From Acaryochloris thomasi RCC1774 (GTDB taxonomy: Bacteria > Cyanobacteriota > Cyanobacteriia > Thermosynechococcales > Thermosynechococcaceae): 19,513 nucleotides of DNA. The position numbers and the translations under genes are program-made. Positions 15,211 through 19,513 of this stretch are shown here, piece after piece. Numbering within the stretch: position 1 is the stretch's first letter; each line of letters opens with the position of its first letter. Location: NCBI RefSeq assembly GCF_003231495.1, contig NZ_PQWO01000043.1, positions 1 through 19,513 on the forward strand. Reading direction: 5' to 3'. The notes under the pieces were generated by a model. It saw only the letters and a list, made by a program, of their open reading frames with translations, ran no database searches and was not told where the DNA came from.

Positions 15211-16950
15211 ATGATTTTCAGTCCACCCTCAGTAACCACTCGCCCCCGTGATGTCCAAGTTCAAGACATTGGTGCTCAAACCTTCGCGCTCAGGTCACGA
15301 ACCTGGGAACAGCTTAAGTTTGAGATAGAATATGCCCGCGAGAAAGGCACCACTGCCAATTCCTATCTGATTCGCGCCCAGAAAACAGCTCTAATTGACC
15401 CTCCCGGTGCTTCATTTACTGACATTTATCTGGAAGCTCTGGAAAACTGTATCCCGCTGCACCGGGTGGATTATGTGATTGTGCAGCACGTCAATCCCAA
15501 TCGGCTGGCAACCCTCAAAGTTCTACTAGCAAAAGCAACTCAGGCTCGAATTATTTGTACCAAGCCCGCTGCTCTTGCACTTGAACAAGCGATGGCAGAA
15601 TGGTCAGACCGGATTCAGGCGGTCCGGGATGGCGATACGCTGGCACTCGGCAAGGACCACGATCTCAAGTTTGCCTTTATCCCCACTCCCCGTTGGGCAG
15701 ATGGATTATGTACCTATGATGCCGGCACCCAAATTTTATACACCGATAAACTCTTTGGCGCGCATCTATGCGGAGATGAGCTTTGGGATATTCATTGGCA
15801 GTCTCTAGAAAGCGATCGCAAATATTATTTTGATTGTCTCCATGCCATGCAAGCCAAGCAGGTCGAAGCGACGGTGGCTAAACTGACTGACTATCCAGCT
15901 CGTATGTATGCACCAGGGCACGGTCCTCTGATTCGCTATAGTCTCAGCCGTTTGACGGCAATCTATACCGAATGGTGTCAGCAACAACAACAGCAGGATT
16001 TCAAGGTGATTCTGCTCTACGCTTCTGCCTATGGGAACACCGCCCGTGCTGCCGATGCGATCGCTCAAGGGTTAATTCAGTCGGGGATTCAGGTGCAGTC
16101 TATCAACTGCGAACACGCCGACCCAGTGGACTTGGCGACCTTGATTGAAGATAGTGACGGCATTATCATTGGTTCCCCCACCTTGGGTGGCCATGCCCCC
16201 ATCCAAATTCAAACCGCGCTCAGTACTGTATTAGCCACGGCAAGCTATCGGAAGCTAGTGGGCGTATTTGGCTCCTATGGCTGGAGTGGGGAGGCGATCG
16301 ATTTTATTGAGCGCAAGCTCAAGGACGCCAACTTCAGCTTTGGTTTTGAGACCTTACGGATTCGGTTCAGCCCTACGGAAGCAGTTCTGAAAGACTGTCA
16401 AGCAGCGGGTGTAACGTTTGCGACCGCCCTCCAGAAACATCGAAAGAAGCGGGTCTTTTCCAAGCCGCTGTTAGTGCAGAAGGTCGATCGCACCGCCCAG
16501 GCAATGGGGCGCGTGATTGGCTCCATCTGTGTCGTGACCTATCGGACGGCAACGGGACATCGCAGCATTTTAACCTCTTGGGTGTCTCAGGCGACTTTTA
16601 CGCCGCCCGGTATTATGCTTGCTATCGCATCCGAGCGGGGGCTAGATGATGTGCTTCAGCCGAATACTCCATTTGTGCTTAATTTGCTGCAACACGGACG
16701 TACTTTGCGGCAGCACTTTTTCAGAGATCGCGTGTCTAACCCCACGGTAATTCCTACGCTGAGTACGGAATGTACAGAGCAAGGTGGACTCGTGCTCACC
16801 GAGTCCGTCGCCTATTTAGAGTGTAGAACCCAGCAGCGCATGCTGTGCGGCGATCGCTGGTTAATTTATGCCACGGTAGAGCGGGGCAAGGTGTTAGATG
16901 CCTCTGGGAAAACCGCCATTCACTATCGGGTTTCAGGCCACGAAGAATAA
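15211..16950 (+). CDS. flv2: Flavodiiron protein Flv2 (FlvA-type with a non-canonical metal site)
   Basis: 579 aa with the same three-domain layout as the upstream paralog. The ligand motif is replaced by H-V-N-P-N-R (15487-15504), with PRWAD in place of LHWPD and DKLFGAH in place of CDVFGMH. This matches the described Flv1/Flv2 class. Confidence 0.85.
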   Translation: MIFSPPSVTTRPRDVQVQDIGAQTFALRSRTWEQLKFEIEYAREKGTTANSYLIRAQKTALIDPPGASFTDIYLEALENCIPLHRVDYVIVQHVNPNRLATLKVLLAKATQARIICTKPAALALEQAMAEWSDRIQAVRDGDTLALGKDHDLKFAFIPTPRWADGLCTYDAGTQILYTDKLFGAHLCGDELWDIHWQSLESDRKYYFDCLHAMQAKQVEATVAKLTDYPARMYAPGHGPLIRYSLSRLTAIYTEWCQQQQQQDFKVILLYASAYGNTARAADAIAQGLIQSGIQVQSINCEHADPVDLATLIEDSDGIIIGSPTLGGHAPIQIQTALSTVLATASYRKLVGVFGSYGWSGEAIDFIERKLKDANFSFGFETLRIRFSPTEAVLKDCQAAGVTFATALQKHRKKRVFSKPLLVQKVDRTAQAMGRVIGSICVVTYRTATGHRSILTSWVSQATFTPPGIMLAIASERGLDDVLQPNTPFVLNLLQHGRTLRQHFFRDRVSNPTVIPTLSTECTEQGGLVLTESVAYLECRTQQRMLCGDRWLIYATVERGKVLDASGKTAIHYRVSGHEE

Positions 16951-17274
16951 AATGGGTTAGAGTCTCTGAGAGCAAATGGTCGATAGTAATTGGCATCACA
17001 ATCGCACGGCAGTGTTAACCACCATGCATCGCAAGAAAGAAGTGATCGTTCCCCTCTTTGCCGCCAAGCTTTCGATCTCGGTTGAAGTCCCGCCCCAGTT
17101 TGACACCAATCGCTTTGGAACTTTGCCCGCGAAATCAATCTGTGAATTCCGTTAGGTCCGGCAGGTCAATTTTCCATCCTACGGCCTTGTTATTTCCACC
17201 CATTTCGAGAAACTACAACCCATCACTCGCTATGTAGGTCATCTAATAAGTGAATTGGTATCAGTGGCATTGAA

Positions 17275-18132
17275 TCAGTAATCTGCTGGTTCTGATGGCC
17301 CAGAAGTTTTATGCTCGCGTATGTGAGTTGAGCTGGTCCAACTCCCCTTGTCGTTGTAGTGATGGATCAAGCGTTGCCTTTCAGTGGGACTCACCAACCA
17401 CCCCGCTTCTACAAAGAAAGCCGCCTGGTCGCTATCCAATTTGAGAGGGATATTGCTGGAAGCTCCATCCGGGAGTAAAGTGACAACTCGGGTCATATTG
17501 TCTTCAAAACAGATTTGCTTGCCTTCAATTCTCCCCTTAGAGGTCAGGCTTTGTCCCTCAAATTCTAAGGTTTGGAGCAGTTGGTTCTCACCATGCCGAA
17601 CAACTTCTAGGCGGGTTGAATATTGAGTTGATTTTTGTAAGTCCGTGTACTCGGTATGGGCTTGGCCCTCCCAGACTCCAAGAAGTTGCTCAACCGTGAG
17701 GGGCGGTCGCTCATGGGCCGTGCTTCCAGCCCGAAACTCTCGAATAAGGGTCAGTCCTTGAAATTCCCCTTGCTCGTCATAAAGCTGCACTAAGCGCAGG
17801 CGGCGATCGCTTGTCACCAATCCATATTCTGCACCGAATGTGGAAAAAGGCGCTAACTGTATCGTGCCCTTAGAAAAGGCTCCCGTCTCAAAAACAAGGA
17901 TATACCGACCGAGGGTCCGATGTTCTTGCTGATAGTCTTTTGTCGGTGGGGTGTCATAGTCACCATCGCCAAATCGGCGTACGCGAAAGCGAAAGGCTTG
18001 ATTATTATCAAAGCTCTCCAGGTTGATAATTGAGTCTGTGGAGCTTAGCTGGTCTCCTTCGAGAGAGAACTGAGTAAATGATCCCCGCCACTCGCCAAGA
18101 TTTTTGAAGAAGTTCTCCCACTTTTTGCTCAT
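17275..18132 (-). CDS. DUF3598-family protein
   Basis: MSKKWENFFKNLGEWRGSFTQFSLEGD... matches the typical DUF3598 N-terminus (NLGEW.GSF). I prefer the ATG at 18132. The track ORF starts 14 codons upstream at 18174 and would overlap the dinB tail. Confidence 0.55.
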   Translation of the reverse strand: MSKKWENFFKNLGEWRGSFTQFSLEGDQLSSTDSIINLESFDNNQAFRFRVRRFGDGDYDTPPTKDYQQEHRTLGRYILVFETGAFSKGTIQLAPFSTFGAEYGLVTSDRRLRLVQLYDEQGEFQGLTLIREFRAGSTAHERPPLTVEQLLGVWEGQAHTEYTDLQKSTQYSTRLEVVRHGENQLLQTLEFEGQSLTSKGRIEGKQICFEDNMTRVVTLLPDGASSNIPLKLDSDQAAFFVEAGWLVSPTERQRLIHHYNDKGSWTSSTHIREHKTSGPSEPADY

Positions 18133-18167
18133 TGCGATTCTACTCTCTAGACAGCTTCTGTCTATTT

Positions 18168-19271
18168 CTACCATCGCCGCTGCACAGATAGCTCCGGCAA
18201 CCGTAAGTCTAGCGATAGCTGCATTGGCCCTGATTCCTGCCCACCCAAATTCGAGACCGTCAGCCCTAGTAGTCGCACTGGTTGATTCTCCTCAATGTTG
18301 CTCACCAGCAGCTCATGACCCATGTTCTTGATCAATCGATAACTATCGATGCAGTATTCCAAAGTCCGGGCGCGAGTACTCTGTTGATAGTCGTCAAACT
18401 TCACCTTCAGCGTCAACGTATGGCCCTTGCTTTCAGATTCCTCTAGCCGCTGATGGAGTATTCGTGCGATCTCATTCAAAGCCTCCATCATCTGCTTTTG
18501 ATCAGTGAGATCTTCAGCAAAGCTGCGTTCGGCCCCCATTGACTTGCGGACCCGGTTCGCAATGATAGGGCGATCGTCCCTGGCCCTGGCGATACTAAAA
18601 CAGTGGTGGCCGACCTTACCGAATTGCTCTACCAGAAATGCTTCAGAGCGGAGGCGTGGATCAGCACCAGTGTGCATACCCAGCTCATGCATTTTCCGGG
18701 CAGTCATCTTACCGATGCCGTGAAACTTTTCAATTGCTAGCTTTTGTACAAAGTCAGCCGCAGCCTCTGGCAGGATGACTGATAGGCCATCCGGTTTATC
18801 TAGATCGGAGGCCATTTTCGCTAGAAACTTATTGATCGAAACCCCTGCCGATGCCGTGAGCTGAGTCTCTTTGTGGATCGCCTGCTTGATTTTCTGTGCG
18901 ATCGCAGTGGTGGAGGGGATATCATGCTTGTTCTCTGTCACATCAAGATAGGCTTCATCAAGTGAGACGGGTTCCATTAGCTCGGTATAGCTTTTGAAGA
19001 TAGCTCGAATCTGCTGGGATGCCTCTCTATAGGCATCGAAGCGAGGGCGGACAAAGATCAGTTCGCTGCAGCACTGTGCCGCTGTCCGCGAGGGCATGGC
19101 CGAATGAATGCCGAACTTGCGGGCTTCGTCGCTGGCCGCGCCAACTGCGCCCCGTTACTCTGGATGGCCACCGACTACGACCGGCTTCCCTCGCAGCTCT
19201 GGGAAGTCTCGTTGTTAGATGGAGGCGTAGAAAGCATCCTGATCAATGTGGAGGATTTTGCGAACAGCCAT
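18168..19271 (-). pseudogene. dinB: DNA polymerase IV (dinB) interrupted by two in-frame TAA codons near the 5' end
   Basis: Reading from the ATG at 19271 gives [59 protein letters not shown]..., which runs in frame into the 309-aa ORF (SLDEAYLDVTE, HGIGK.., LLGLTVSNL). The stops are at 19215-19217 and 19155-19157. There is no frameshift across 368 codons. Confidence 0.8.
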
Positions 19272-19371
19272 TTTTCTTCAGTACTTTCGTACTAAAGGCT
19301 AGGGCAACTCAACTGAACATAAGTTGAGGATGAACTGTTGACACTTCTAGGAGGCTATCTAGGGCGTGTCA

Positions 19372-19512
19372 TCAATTAAGCCATACAACAGAGGCTGCTA
19401 GGTAAATAGCTCCTAGAAAATTGACGGCTCGTTTATCGTAGCGTGTGGCAATTGCCCGATACTGCTTGATCTTGGCAAAAAAGTTCTCTATCAGATGTCG
19501 AGCTTTGTAGAG
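19372..19512 (-). mobile_element. IS5-family (IS4/IS5 superfamily) transposase, last 46 codons only, truncated by the window edge
   Basis: The minus-strand frame reads LYKARHLIENFFAKIKQYRAIATRYDKRAVNFLGAIYLAASVVWLN*. It contains the Y-(2)-R-(3)-E-(6)-K signature and the IATRYDK block typical of IS5-family transposases. Confidence 0.8.
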
Positions 19513-19513
19513 G

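Noticed and set aside
16990-17230. Short minus-strand reading frames (MGGNNKAVGWKIDLPDLTEFTD* followed in another frame by FRGQSSKAIGVKLGRDFNRDRKLGGKEGNDHFFLAMHGG*) suggest a decayed gene between flv2 and the DUF3598 gene. The track ORFs at 16796-16999 and 16923-17138 are also here.
   Set aside because: I could not recognise any family, the frames are broken, and the peptides are short. This is possibly a gene relic, but there is not enough support to annotate it.
19155-19217. The two in-frame TAA codons in dinB could reflect stop-codon readthrough, recoding or codon reassignment.
   Set aside because: TAA is used as an ordinary terminator by neighbouring well-supported genes, for example flv4 at 14610-14612 and the pirin gene at 4410-4412. 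No recoding context is evident, so a pseudogene is the simpler reading.
11391-19512. The flv/DUF3598/dinB block could be a composite transposon.
   Set aside because: The flanking IS sequences belong to different families (IS6-like and IS5-like). One is a short fragment, and no matching terminal repeats or target duplications can be identified.
1-19513. A scan for CRISPR arrays, rRNA or tRNA genes and long tandem repeats.
   Set aside because: I saw no regularly spaced direct repeats, no rRNA-like conserved blocks and no cloverleaf-compatible sequences. The only tandem repeat is the intragenic duplication in the M23 gene.

Overview
This window looks like a cyanobacterial chromosomal segment. 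The HIP1 octamer GCGATCGC occurs 16 times, and the window carries a flavodiiron operon with the architecture described in beta-cyanobacteria. In order, it contains: a decayed IS630-family transposase (74-726, -); a two-TM hypothetical protein; a Cys-rich DUF2797-like protein; an M23 peptidase with two N-terminal MshEN/GspE-N-like modules; a divergent pirin/LysR pair with an 18-bp perfect direct repeat between them; a stand-alone GAF protein; an rtcB RNA ligase with no rtcA or rtcR nearby, preceded by a 446-bp ORF-free region that holds a perfect 14-bp hairpin and three GGTTCAA copies; modA plus a fused modBC molybdate transporter; an IS6-like transposase fragment; a tightly packed + strand cluster of CP12-like, DUF2993-like, flv4, sll0218-like and flv2 genes; a DUF3598-like protein; dinB interrupted by two in-frame TAA codons; and an IS5-family transposase C-terminus cut by the window edge. 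No rRNA, tRNA or CRISPR array was found. The two best leads are (1) the flv4-sll0218-flv2 photoprotection operon extended upstream by a cysteine-pair-less CP12 variant and a DUF2993 gene, with one near-consensus promoter candidate, and (2) the M23 peptidase whose N-terminus matches the published MshEN c-di-GMP-binding motif four times. All family calls come from reading motifs by eye and need HMM or BLAST confirmation.
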